Positions 46,714 through 59,400 of a stretch of DNA of 64,000 nucleotides are shown here, in pieces. The stretch is from Chlorokybus atmophyticus. Its lineage: Eukaryota > Plantae > Mesostigma and Chlorokybus algae. The position numbers and the translations under genes are program-made. Under the pieces are notes generated by a model. It was not told the origin of the DNA. It searched no databases and saw nothing but the letters and a program-made list of their open reading frames with translations. Location of the stretch: contig RHPI01001311.1 in NCBI GenBank assembly GCA_009103225.1, forward strand, positions 62,001 to 126,000. Reading direction: 5' to 3'. How positions within the stretch are numbered: position 1 is the first letter of the stretch; each line of letters opens with the position of its first letter.

Positions 46714-49058
46714 AGTGATTTGCTGTATGCACGCCTTGCCACGGCTTGAGACGCCTGCAAGTGACAGACGAACAAAGGCACGACTATGAGAAGTATGTGG
46801 GCGAAGCAGATGTAGAAGCCATTGCAGACTGTGAACTCGGAAGCAGCAGGAAAGTAGCAGTAGTTGATGTGACGCATCATGGTTTTGAACAGTAAGAGGG
46901 CCTAGCAAGAACCATTTTCATGCATGCACAACAGTCTGCACGGTTGTGCAGCAACAACCACCATGCGGACAAACACTGCCTGCTCTGTGTAACCCGTAAG
47001 CAGCCCAGCCTTGGATGTGCCACGCTTGCTGCTGGCAAAAGCAACCTTACGCTAAGGGTTACGGTCCTCCTCCTCCGCCGCCTCCTCTGCCGCCGCCTGT
47101 TGCTGCTCCTGCCGTTCGCGCCCCGCCTCCTAGTGGACGCTGCTGGATGCTGTTGATGCTGTGCATGCGGGGGACCAAAAGGGGCGTCCGCATGTGACCA
47201 AAATCACACCTGGTGCTGTTCTGGCCTGGGCTGTTATGGGCTTCAGCAATTTTGAGCCAACGTGCAATGCTTGGGCAAGTGATAATGTCAAGCACCCAAA
47301 ATTGACACAATGTACACTAGTAGTATGGTTCGCATTACCTAGCATCGTGGACACACCATGCTCCAATGGTAATCTGCGTCACTTTTCAACGTATGACATG
47401 TCAGAATTGGTAGTCATTGTAAGATTTCAATGTTATGTTATGAATGAAACTTGTCGTGGTTTCAATTCGCAATATTTGGCAGCATTCATAGAACTCTCAC
47501 CCCAAACTATTTCATCAAGAATGCTCTCGGTCGCTTTACATATTTAATTCCAAAGCTGTAGAGATTAATATCAAAAATAGCGACACCATTTGCGATGATC
47601 CAGACATACAAAAAACCTCAACAAGCACGTCTTGCCCCATAAATTTTTATACTTATTATTGTTCATGTATTATAATACGCAAACACATATGCACGCGTGC
47701 CACACGCAATACGCAAAATTACATATGCAAAGCACGCCGTCTTTCAAGACGGTTGGTTGATATATGGTTGTTTTGATATTTTGAGCCTGTTGAGTCTCGT
47801 CGTTCCACAATGTTACGTCACAATGCGTTCATGTTTATGTGAACAACAGCCCATTTATGTTAAGCTATGAAGGATCATCATTGGATTGTATATTACTACA
47901 TGTAGTTGTAATAAAATGATAAGTTCATATGATGTGTTGACATAAGGGGAATGACATGCTTCAATTTTTGGGTATATCAGAGACTAGCGGTAAATCTATA
48001 ACTTGTAAGTTGTTTATGACAACCCAATCAAATGTATGTGTGATGTCAATATTCTATAATGTCAATTGCGTGCAAGATGACTTACAAGTCTATATCAACA
48101 ATACGAAAGGTTTGTAAAGCTTTTTGGTAATTGCTCACCGTTGCACAGCGGTGTTAAATGTTGCAATAGTGGTAACTAACTTTGTAAATTTGTCAATGCT
48201 GGTACTTGAATAGTTCAGTGCATACGAAAGCGGACGTTCTCCTTTATGCTTATAAGCATATTTGCTCACATGGCAAGTTGTTTGTGCACGTATACGCACA
48301 CATCACAATGTTCATATTTCACAATTTAAAATTGATCATTAAGTATGGATTTTGAGTTGTGTGTGTTAACATTTGAGCCCGCATAAAAGTTGAGGTCCGC
48401 AATATAGGGGCTTTTAAATCTTGTAAACTTTGTGAGTATTTGTACGCAGATATGAAGGGTTTGTTGAGACTTAACAAATTCTTTGTTTTTGAACACAGAG
48501 TGGTTTAAGCCCAATTGATAAGGCTAAATCACAGGTCATAATTGGCAAATCGTAACACCTGACCCCATGGGGGTCCTTATAGCGTGGGCTGACTATACCG
48601 AGTTCCCACACCGATATACCGCCATTCCACGCATTCATATGCCGATATCCACGATCTCTCCCCACCCAATCGAACCGTAGCCCAGGCAGATGCCTCCGTG
48701 GCTGCCCACCGCCGCGCGCTAATTGGCTCACGCGCTCTCCGCACTCATCTCCAAACAGGCTTATCCACACAAGATCTCGACCAGCCCCTAAAAACGGACA
48801 CTTAACCTACAACGAGTCAAACACAACCAATCAACAGTCACATTCTCTGTGAGATTAACTGAGATGGAACTGAGGAGACGTGAGGCGATTTTAACTACGA
48901 TGCAGTGCTGTGACTGAGGTATGGCTGTTAATGGTTGAAGTTAGCCAGGTTGAATTTAGGGTTAGACTTGTTGTTGAGGGCGTAGTTGACATAGGCGAGG
49001 GTGTTGGCGGCATTGACGTTGGCGTGAGGAGAGTCCGGATCACAGACTACCAGCAAAG

Positions 49059-49686
49059 ATGGCGTCCGTCACAATGGCCTCAGTGTCCGCCCCAGTGATC
49101 GCCCCTCGCGGCGCTTCCCGCCAGGCCCAGCGTGAGTTCAAGCTGCGTGCTTCCGCCAGGTCCTCCTCATCACCGTCAGCGTCCAGGAGGCAGCAGACCG
49201 TGTGCTTCGGCAACACCGCCCTGACCATCGCCGGCTCAACTGGCCTGCTTCTCTTCCTGGGCCGCTTCGCCGTCCTGCCCTATCAGCGCCAGTGGCTCCA
49301 GCGCCAGGGACTCCCCAAGCAGAACGGACAGACACACGCACAGGCAGGAGACTCCCGCGCAGAGGAGAACACATTCAAGACTGGTGACCCAGCTGGCTTC
49401 ACCATCGTCGACGGTAAGCACAACACACATACTCATACACATACTCACACCTATCCACACACCATAGTATTCTGTCTAGACACCACAGGACACACATCCA
49501 ATCTCACTCATTGAAATACTCTTGTGTAATGTGTGCATTTTCTAAGTTGCGCACATTGTGCATTTACGTTGTGTGCATGTGTGTAAACGTGTGTGTTTGT
49601 GTGCAGTGTTGGCGTGGGGTGCTTTGGGCCACGCTCTTGGCTTCGCCACGCTCGCCCTTCAGAGCTTCTCTGTCGTCGGCCAGTAG
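49059..49686 (+). CDS. PSAG: Photosystem I subunit G (PsaG), chloroplast precursor, 2 exons, 144 aa
   Basis: Exons 49059-49413 and 49607-49686. S/A/R-rich transit peptide; [27 protein letters not shown] and [18 protein letters not shown] match plant-type PsaG. Confidence 0.95.
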
Positions 49687-50504
49687 AGTGGAAGAGAAGT
49701 AAGTAGGACATTGCATCACACAATGGTGGATACACACACTGAACAGCCCTGCCCTCGATAAATCTGTACCGCTGTACACATGTAACACCCCCTGTTAACT
49801 AAGCCTGATCGCCATCTGTAATGGATTGTTGCCTTCACTCCCACGTTGTGCGCTATGCCTAACTCTGGGTCTTGCAGTGGAATTGCATGTGTTACTCCAC
49901 AGCTAGTATCGCACGCATAGAATGAAGCAGCTTAGCACGGCTGTCTTTACATGCACCAGCATAGGCTTGCTGCACTGTCGCTGACATGTTAGTGATTAAG
50001 CTAACACAATGTGTTGGCATCTACTCTACAACAATGCACCTTTTGCAAATGAGGCCCATTTGGCAATGCATGCAGAGTAGCACGGTGAAACAATTGCCAG
50101 TGCCTCTGCCACACGCGCTGTAAGTCTCTCACAAGTATGTACAGCGATGATTGAGTTTCTCATGTCCAGACTGATTGAGTTCAACAACATATCTGTATCG
50201 CTGCATCTCTGTCTTACCACAATTGCGAATGCAATTCAGGAACAGTGTATGATATGTTGTATCTATCACAGCCTGCGTTTGCACACATGCAATCTGCATG
50301 CATGCGCACCAACAACACAAAATACTACTTACCAGTAACACCAGCCGTGCCAAGCTAAATTGTCCCACTGCTAGTGAGTAGGTCCCCAACCCCGCGACTA
50401 CCAAAATCAGATTCCATTATCCAAACAAAGTTGTTAATGATAATATTGCGCGCAAGTACAACTGCAACCTTGACATCATCAGCTTCTGGGCCTCCCCGCC
50501 TGTA

Positions 50505-51180
50505 TCACACCTTTGCAGCGGGTGACAGCATCGGCCCAATCGTAGGCGCATCCTCAATCAACACCTCCTGCACATCGTACAAGCATCGGTACCACAAACA
50601 CTTACAAGCCTACCACACCCAATAGCAAGCCTCTCACCCTCGTTGGATGCGAAGCCGCCCCGAGCAAGCCCGTCCGCTCGCCCTCTCTACTGATGTGCGT
50701 GTCGATGCTGGCAGATGTAAGCTCGGCTTTGTCACTCTTGCTGCTGCCGTAGCGCCAGATCAAACCCAATTGGAATAGCGCCAGCAACACGCCGGGCACG
50801 TTCGGCAACTGTGTTTATTGCAACATATCGGTTGATGCATGCTGTGCTACATGTTCCTGTACTGCGTGTGCATGTACGTACATGCCTGTGCAAACACATT
50901 CGCATGCGCACGTGCGTGTGTGAATGTGAGCGCATATACGCGCGTGCGCGCGCATGTGTGTCTGTGTATAGAAGGAGTATGCTACTGTGTGCGTGCAAGC
51001 TGGCACGCACGTGCACGTGTGCGTGCGCATGTGCATATGTGCGTACCAGAATGTATGGGTCGTGCACGTATGTGCCATAAGCCGCCCATGCAAAGGCGTT
51101 GATCAGCGTTGCCACGCTCAGAAACAAAGGCATCGATGCAGCAGACTTGGTTCTTATCACTTGGCCCTGTAACGGGTGTC

Positions 51181-51233
<53 letters not shown>

Positions 51234-52116
51234 CTTACCATCACACTGAGGGGAGCTGCGTACATAGCCAGGCTGATAGCATCGCCGTTAATCCCAACCA
51301 CCAGACTCTTATCAACACTTCCCTTGGGCAGCATCACTGACATCGCCAGCATGGCCAATATCGCCACCGCGACAGACATCGTCTTCATCCCGAGGGGCTT
51401 TCTTTGCCCACCACTCGATTTCGCCAACATCAGCGCGATATACACGCTCTCAAACACTATACCAATCAGGTTTGTGATTAAGACTGTTGGCCTGTGGGGT
51501 GTCACATATGGTAGAGCGTATATTGACCACACGCCGCAGTTGAGAAGAGTTGTCAAGTAGGGGAGAGGGGATATCGAGGACACAGCACGTGTCCCGGACC
51601 AGATCTGTCGCATTGTAGGCCTGTGGGAAAAGGTATTAACATCTGTGTGGTGTTGGGTGGATGTGTGTATGTTGTGCTGATGTTCTTACAGAGGGGAGCA
51701 GAAGAGGACGAGTGCGGCGGCCGTGCCTGCGTGACAGCATCAGAAGGCGTGAACACAAAAACAACTCTGCCTACAGATTGAATCAACCTTGCTCAACCTG
51801 TGCTCCAGCACACATCTCAAAGCCGGTTTTAAAAGTCACAACATACAATATGAATCAACATGCAAGTAGCCACGGTGGGTGTCATCTGGCATTTTGCTCT
51901 GTACTCTTCACTATTCAACCAGATTTGTGGCAGCAGTATGATCCAAGTTATGTATGGTTAGACAGCCTAGGACATGTTATCCAAGGCTACACGTTGACAC
52001 ATCAATGCTGAAGGGTATGTTTGGCGTGAAGTTGTTGTGTGTCCCAAGCCCAACAACGACCACTCACCGAGGTTCCCGAGGGCCAGCTGCACAGCAGGGT
52101 TCACCTCCCACGCCAT
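50505..52116 (-). CDS. SWEET: SWEET (MtN3/saliva) sugar transporter
   Basis: Exons 52116-52068, 51726-51690, 51620-51239, 51166-51047 and 50808 onward. The end is ambiguous: a stop at 50602 or a last exon 50567-50505. Motifs LFCSPLPTM, SPLPYLTTLLNC..W..Y, TN.IG, MYAAPLSVM, VIRTKS..SMP, PN..G...Q. Confidence 0.92.
51179..51232. repeat. (CAA)n microsatellite in a SWEET intron
   Basis: About 18 perfect CAA units. Confidence 0.95.
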
Positions 52117-53402
52117 GATGCCAGACCAACGACACTGTTCTCCCCCTACAGCGCCCCCTCCTCCTCCTCCTTATTCTCCTCTCCCTTCTCCCCGTCCTCC
52201 TCCTCCTTCTCCTCCACCTCTTTCTCCCCCGCTTCCTCCTCCGCCTGACAGGCAAATCCGCCACAGAGCCGCCACGTCTCAGGTCGTTGAGTCACGTGAC
52301 GCCCCCTCAAACCGTTTCATCAGGTCCCAAACCGACCGCATTGAGTACGCTCGATCCCGCTCCAAGCCGGAAACTGCCAGCTTTCGCCGTTTAGATGGGC
52401 TGAAAATAGCCTCAGGCAGGCGGCGGCGGCGGCGGCGGCGGCGATGGAGCCAACGATGAGGCTGGTGACGGGACTGGCGATGAACATGGAGACATGGGCC
52501 GTTCTGAGAAAGCGGGGGATGATGGATCGGTGGTGTAGTTGAAACACGCAGTGAGCAGGGGTGTTGATAGATCTTGAGTTCAACAGTCATGGGTGTGCCA
52601 AGCAGTGAGGAGGACTTGGCCTCCCCATCGCCAGGTGGGAGAAGGGTAAGGCGGGTCGTGCCGCCGCCGCCACCGCCGCCTGCTGTTGAGAGGGGTACGC
52701 GTGCTAAAAACAGAAGGCGATCCAAGGCTGGACAGGTGCTGAGCATTACCTGAGTGTGTTGCACTAAATTTTTCCGAAATATAACACTGTTATGCTCAGA
52801 AGGTTCAGTTGTGACTACGGCTTACATGAATCATAATCTTATATCCAAGACTTGAGATGACCTGCTTTAATAATATATCATCAAACGGCGGTACAGCAAC
52901 ACCTCATGTATATAGAGCATAACAGTGTGAAGCGTAACTTGACTCACTGTTGAAATGCTGCACAAGTCACACTACCAGCTTTCTTCCTATCTCTTTGACA
53001 TGAGCAGTCTGAGGAGACTTGTCTGTGACATCGGTGCAAGTTGCGCATGCGTGAGTAGATCTGTTTGTGTGTACGTGTGCGTGTACACGTGCATTGACCA
53101 TGTGATCGGTGCGTGCATGCGTGCTAGTGCTTGCGCATGAGTGCGGTTGTACACATTTACCCTGACATCAGAGTCTATGTGTGTGCGTGTATGCAATTTA
53201 ACGTACACAAAGCAGGGTAAGTACGAGCACACCAACCTATGCGCGCACACACATACACGCGTCGCAGGTGCAAGCACACAGCCTGCGTCTGTGTGCTGGT
53301 GCGCACGCACGCAAATTCTTTACTCACACCCACATGCGCATAGGTTTGCGTGAGCTCGTCTGCATGCGGCCTAACACTAACACACAACTCTTCCATCTGC
53401 AG

Positions 53403-56400
53403 GTCGTCTACGAGAAGTTCGCCCCACGCGAGCTCCCCGCCTTCTGCCTCCGCCCCTTACCTCTCCACTCCACCTACACCAACAACCACAAGTCCACCTC
53501 CCCTTCCTCCCCAAAACAACAATCACACACGCGCCTACCCGCCATCGCTGTCACGGGGCCGGGCGCCCCGTACGCACACACATACAATCACTCCAACAAC
53601 AACAACATACACAACTATAGCAACAAACCAACACTCCCGAGGATACCGGGTGCATCGCCGAGAGGGGAGGGGGGACAGTATCAGTATGATGAGAGTTATG
53701 TTGGGGATGAGGAGGAGGAGGAGGGTGGGAGAGGGTTGGTTGGGAGTAAGAGTTTGAGGGAGAGGAGGAAGAGGCAAGTGAAGACGAGCGCGGCTCTCGC
53801 GGGGGCCATCGCAGCGTACAGGTGGGTTGAATTGAGTGTTACTTTGCTCACTCAAACAAATAGGTGTGCGTGTGCGCATGTTTGTACACATGCGCACGCG
53901 CGTGCATGCGTACATGTGTGCGCGCGTGTGTGTTTGCGCGCACGCGCGTGTGCGTTGTTGGCATGTGCGCATGTGTGTGCATCACTCACTCACGCGCTCA
54001 CGCGCTCAGCCGCTTACCCTTGCAAACACTCACAAGCTCACTCACCTCATCCGCTCACCCGCTTACTCACTCTCTTGCTGACTCCACAGCGCATCGATGG
54101 TTGCGGGCATGAAGCGCGCTCGCACCCACACCCACACGTACACCTACGACTCCCACCCCGTCTCCCCCGTGCACAAGCGTGCCAACGCCAACAGTAACAA
54201 CAACAGCGGTGGCGTGCACACATCACCCTTCTTGCGCGCACGCTCTCTCGACATGCGTGTTGGGAGGTCTGATATCCCGGGTGGAGCTTCGATATCCGGC
54301 TCGGGGTCGGTATCTGCTTACCAGAAAGGGAGAAAACAGCCTCTATCGTCAACTTGGGCCCCCAGGAGCTCGATATCACCCCGCAAAGAGCCGATTTCGG
54401 CGGCTTTACCGATATCCAGGCCATCCTTGACAATACTATTCAAGCATTCGATGCCAGCTGAGAGAGAAAAACTGCTCGCTGCGGTTATATCGGACCGGTC
54501 CGGTGGCACAGACGAGGCTGAAATCGAGCGTGCGCTAGCCTGCGTGGCGCAGATATCCGTCCCGGAGCAGATGTCGGCAGCGAGGCTGTTTCTAAGAGGA
54601 GGGATGTATTTCTCAGCCATACGCGCGGCGTACGCGTCACCAGAGGGACTGCAATCCATACTCAACGACATCAAAGCCATTATACTAACAACATCAAGCT
54701 CAACACCAAACAACACCAAACAACAAACACAACAACATGGTGGGGATGTTGGGTATGTTGGGTACGACACACATACCCAACATCCACCCCAAACCCAACA
54801 TCCACATCCCCAACATCCCCAACAAACACAATACACCCTTCAGCCCTGGCAGCATCCCGAGCACGACGCCTGGTGCTGGTCTTCTCCGGACCGCAGTCTG
54901 TTCTGCGCGCGGTTCCGCGGGGCGGTGCCGGTGGTGGGCGAGTACGAGCGGGCGCGGGAACGGCTCATGGGGCTGGGACAGCAGGGGAGGTAAGGGGAGA
55001 GGGGTGGGTGGGTGTACCACTTCAATCGATGTAGAGTCAGTCAGTCAGTCCTATTGTGCGTGCGCGCATGTTGTAGCACTGCTGTTTGAACGTATGACAC
55101 GTATGCACACACACACACACATGTGGACACGCACGCACGCACCCGCACGCATGCCTTCACCCCCAGCCCCACCCACTCGTCTCCCTCAGGCGTGCGTTGG
55201 CCCGCGTGGAGAAGGAGCTCCTCCTCAAGCTCGTCTCCGACTTCTTCGCTCAGCTCGTCCCCACTTCCCTCCCCTCCACCACCACCAACCACAACACCAA
55301 TCCCCCCGCCCTGGCTGCGGCCGTCGCGGCGCTGAGCGAGACCAGAAGGGAGCACCCAGAGACGACGCTGCTGCTGATATCGAGCAGACTGGGAGCGGCG
55401 GGACAAGTAAGAGAGACGGATGGGGTTGCTTATTATTGGGGTTGGGTTGTGAGCATGTGTTCGTGTGCGTGTGCGTGTGCGTGTGCACGTGCGCGTGCGC
55501 GTGTGTGTGCACGCGGGCGTACGCGCAAACGCACGTATATGTACGCACACATGCACACATGTGCATTCTCGTGCATCAGCCTCACGCACCCATACCCATC
55601 ATGTACACCTTCCCTCAGGCTCTTGCGGGCGCGGCCGACCCCTCCTCCTGCGCCGCCGTTCTCTTCGATTTCGAGCGCTGTTCCCTTCCCTCCCTCTTAT
55701 CCGCGTGCTTCGCGGCATTGGGTGGCAACAACTGCAAAGGTGTTGGCATTGTCTCCCACTCCCCAAAGAAGAACACACACAAATTGCCTCTCACGCGCGG
55801 GCTGGGCGTCACGCTGGAACGGATATCCATCCCGAACACGGAAGGAGAGAAGATATCAGAGTTTTGGCGGGGGCTTGGGGAGTGCATCGGAGGGACGAAT
55901 GGGTATATCAAGCTGCTTGGGTGGGGGGGTGGAGGTGATATCGAGACTGCCCAGCTGATGGCGGCGCTGACATTGGTCGCGGGGGTGGATATCGTGGCTT
56001 TGCCGGAAGCGTTTGTGTTCGGGTCGGCGGATTGTAGTGGTTGCGCGGATTTCTTTGAGAGGGAAAAGCTGTATGCTCTCATTGCGCCGCCCGTGGAGAG
56101 AGATATCGCTGCCATTGAGGAGTGTACAGCTCAACCTGGTGGTGATATCGCTGGTGTGGAGTCGATATCACCACCCGAGGAGAGTTATAGCACCAGCGTG
56201 CCTCCTGATGCAGCTGATATCCATCCCAGCTATGATATACTGACTGTGGACACGCCTGGTGTTGGCGCTGACACAACATACCCGACACCAAACCAAACAA
56301 CGACAACAATTACAGCAGGTGAAGTTGGTGTTGCGCAAGAGGAGTATCTGTCATCCCCTGCATTGGCGGAAGCGCTCGAGACGCAGTGGAATGATGGCAG

Positions 56401-59400
56401 CGTGGACGGGTACAACGCTGAGGAGGCGTACGCTTACACCAATGAGTACGCGGAGCCAACAGCCACGCAAGCATACACGCAAGAGGAGACACCACTGTAC
56501 ACACAGGAGGAGACACAAGTGTACACACAGGAGTATGCTGAAAGCCCGCAGGCGTCCCCGCAAGCGTCCACACAAGAGTCCATACAAGGGTCCATGCAGG
56601 AGCATGCACAGGAGCCCACACAAGAGTACACGCAAGAGTACACACAAGGACTCAGTCCAGATTATGAGCCTGCACAAGAGTACACGCAACAAGTGTACAC
56701 ACAACAAGACTACACGGAACAAGAGTACATGCAAGAGCAGCAGTCCACTTCATATGCACAACTGCAAGCAGAAGCAGGAGCAGGAGCAATGCTGGCTGTG
56801 GCGTCTTCTTCGGTTGCATTGGCTTCCTCAGTGATGGATGCAATTGAAGCAGAGCGAGAAGCCAAAGCGGAAGTGGAAGCTGCACAGGCTCGGACCGAGG
56901 CAGTGGCATTGGAGGAAGCCAGACTGCGAGCAAAAGTTGAAGCTGAAGCGCAAGCGCAAGCGCACGTTGAGGCAGAAGCTGGACGCGGAGCTGAAGCTGA
57001 AGCACAGGCCGAGGCGAGGGCTGAGGAAGAGAGGGCTATGCTGGAAGCCAGAATCAGAGTGGAAGCCGAAAAACGGGCTCGTGCAGAGGCCGAAGCCAAA
57101 CTCAAAGCCGAAGCCGAAGCCGAAGCCACAGCCAAAAGCCATGCTGAAGCCGAAGCCATTCTAAGAGCGGAAGCAGAGGGAAGCGCTTGCGCACAAGCTG
57201 ATGCAGAAGCTAAATCCAAAGCTGAAGTTGAAGCTGAAGCTAAAGTTGAGCAAGCGAGGATGGGTGCCAAGGCAGAGCAGGCGGCTTTGGCTTCAGCAGC
57301 CACGAGCGCAGCACTGGCGGCTGCGCTCGTGGCTGAGGCGGATGCAGAGGTAGCAGCGATATCACTCGTAGCCAACATCATCTCAACAGAGGCAGAGGGC
57401 AAAGGAGTTATTGCTATTGCCACCACCGCTGTCGGCGTTGAAGCAGAAGAGCCTCACACTGGCCAACCTGTCGCACTGGATGCCACGCCACACTCTGTCA
57501 CCCCTGCACCAGGCAACAACGACAACAACAACAACCCGCGGTACTCGCCCTCGCCTTATTGGGAGACAGAAGCACCCGAAGCGGCTGTCGACGAGCCGCA
57601 AGGACTCGAAGGCCCAGTGACGTCTCAGACGCCGGTTGTCACGCAGCCCTCGCCCTCGCCCTCGCCCTCGCCCTCGCCCTCAGTCCATCAACAGATAGAA
57701 AGAGTGAAAGAAGAGAGCACATCTGGTGGACCTGAGGGATCGGCGAGAGTGCAGACACCAGTTGTCACGCAGGAGGTAGCAGTCACGCCAGCTCCAACGC
57801 AGAGAGCAGAGAGCAGAGTAGCAGAAGTGGCTGCTACGCAGGAAGCCAATGTAGAAGCGGGTTCAGATGCAAGAGAACAACAAGGTTCTGGTAGCGATGT
57901 CGCAGCCACTTCTGCTTCTTATGGTCAGTGGGAGGAGCGGGTGGCAGGGACTTCTAGCCGACCAAGTAGCGGATCTCAAGCGCATGTGGAGGTGGGGTCC
58001 GCTTCAACAGCAGCATCAGAGGAAGGAACTGTTCGCTACATAGCTGCAGCCGAGCCACAACTCGAAACAGCTGATCTTGTTGCTGTTGACACAATCCCAA
58101 CATCACAAGCACCATCGAGAGCAGATCTTGTTGAGCGCAGAAGCAGTCTGCATGAGGAAGGGCAAGCGAGTGCGGATCCACCAGTTGTTGCACCAATTCT
58201 TGACACGAGACCAACGTTATCACCGGCGAGAGCCGAGCGTGTTGAGAGCAGAAGCAGTCTGCGTGGGGACTCGAGAGCGGGTGCGGGTCCACAAGTCGTG
58301 ACCAGTGTTGGAGTTGATGCACCTGTTGTTGACACGATGTCAACAATATCAACAGCAAGGGCAGAACTTGTTGAGAGCAGAAGCAGTGTGCATGAAGAAG
58401 CGCAAGCGGGTGCGGGTCCACCAATCGCACCTGTTGTTGGAGTTGTTGACACAATGCCAACACTATCTCCGGCGAGGGCAGGGCTTGTCGAGAGCAGAAG
58501 CAATCTACATGAGGAAGCGCAAGCGCAAGCGGGTCCACAAGAGGACGCCAATGTTGAAGTTGTTGCACCTGCACAAGAAGCTGTGCAGCAGGAAGTGCCA
58601 ACCACTGCAGCGATTTTGCAAACAGAAGCGGCTTCAGGTCAAGTGAAGGAGGCTGGACAGGTGATTGCAGAGCAGGCCATGAGAAGGGAAGAAGAAGCAA
58701 GTGCAGCAGCCAGCACAAGCGGAGTCGAAGCCAAGGCAGAAGCTACGATGGAGCCTCAGGAGGAAGCCAGGCGGATGGTGGAGGAACAGGCCAGCAGGGA
58801 AGAAGAAGCCAGACTGCAAGCAGAGGCGGGAGCAGAGGCTAAGGCGAGCGCCGAGGAGGAAGCGAGGGTGCGTGCAGATGCGGAAGCTCAAGCGCGAGCA
58901 GCGGAGGAAGACAAACTGCGTGCCGAGGCTGAAGCAGTAGCCAAAGCCGAAGCGGCTGCGGAAAAGGCTAGGCAAGAACAGGCTCTCGCGTTGGAAAGGG
59001 CGAAAGTTGAAACAGAAGCCAGACTTGCAGCAGAAGCACAAGCCAGAGCAAAGGCAGAGGTAGAGGCTGCTGCAGCCAGAGAAGCCGAGGCCGAGGCTGC
59101 AGCAAGAGCCAAGGCTGAGAAGGAGGCCAGGGCACTTGAGGAAGCCGCAGCCAAGGCTGAGGTAGAAGCCAAAGCCAAGGCCGATGCTGAGGCACGCACG
59201 GCTGCAGAGAGAGCCGAAGCGGCCGAAGAAGCCAGACTACTGCAGGAGGCCAAGGCAGCTGCCGCTGCTGCTGAGGCAGAAGCCAAGGCAGTTGCTGAGA
59301 AGGCTGCAAAGGAGGAGGCTGAGGCGAGAGCCAATGCACAAGCTCAAGCGGAAGCACGCAGGAGAGATGAAGCCAAAGCTGCAGAAGCACTGCCACCCAT

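Noticed and set aside
46920-47547. Pro-rich ORF fragments
   Set aside because: Short, no coherent exon chain or homology signal.
52279-52764. Minus-strand 161-aa ORF between SWEET and the giant gene
   Set aside because: Driven by GGC repeats in a likely divergent promoter/UTR region; no family motifs.
56710-59396. Long antisense Ala/Ser-rich ORFs
   Set aside because: Shadow frames of the repetitive sense-strand exon.
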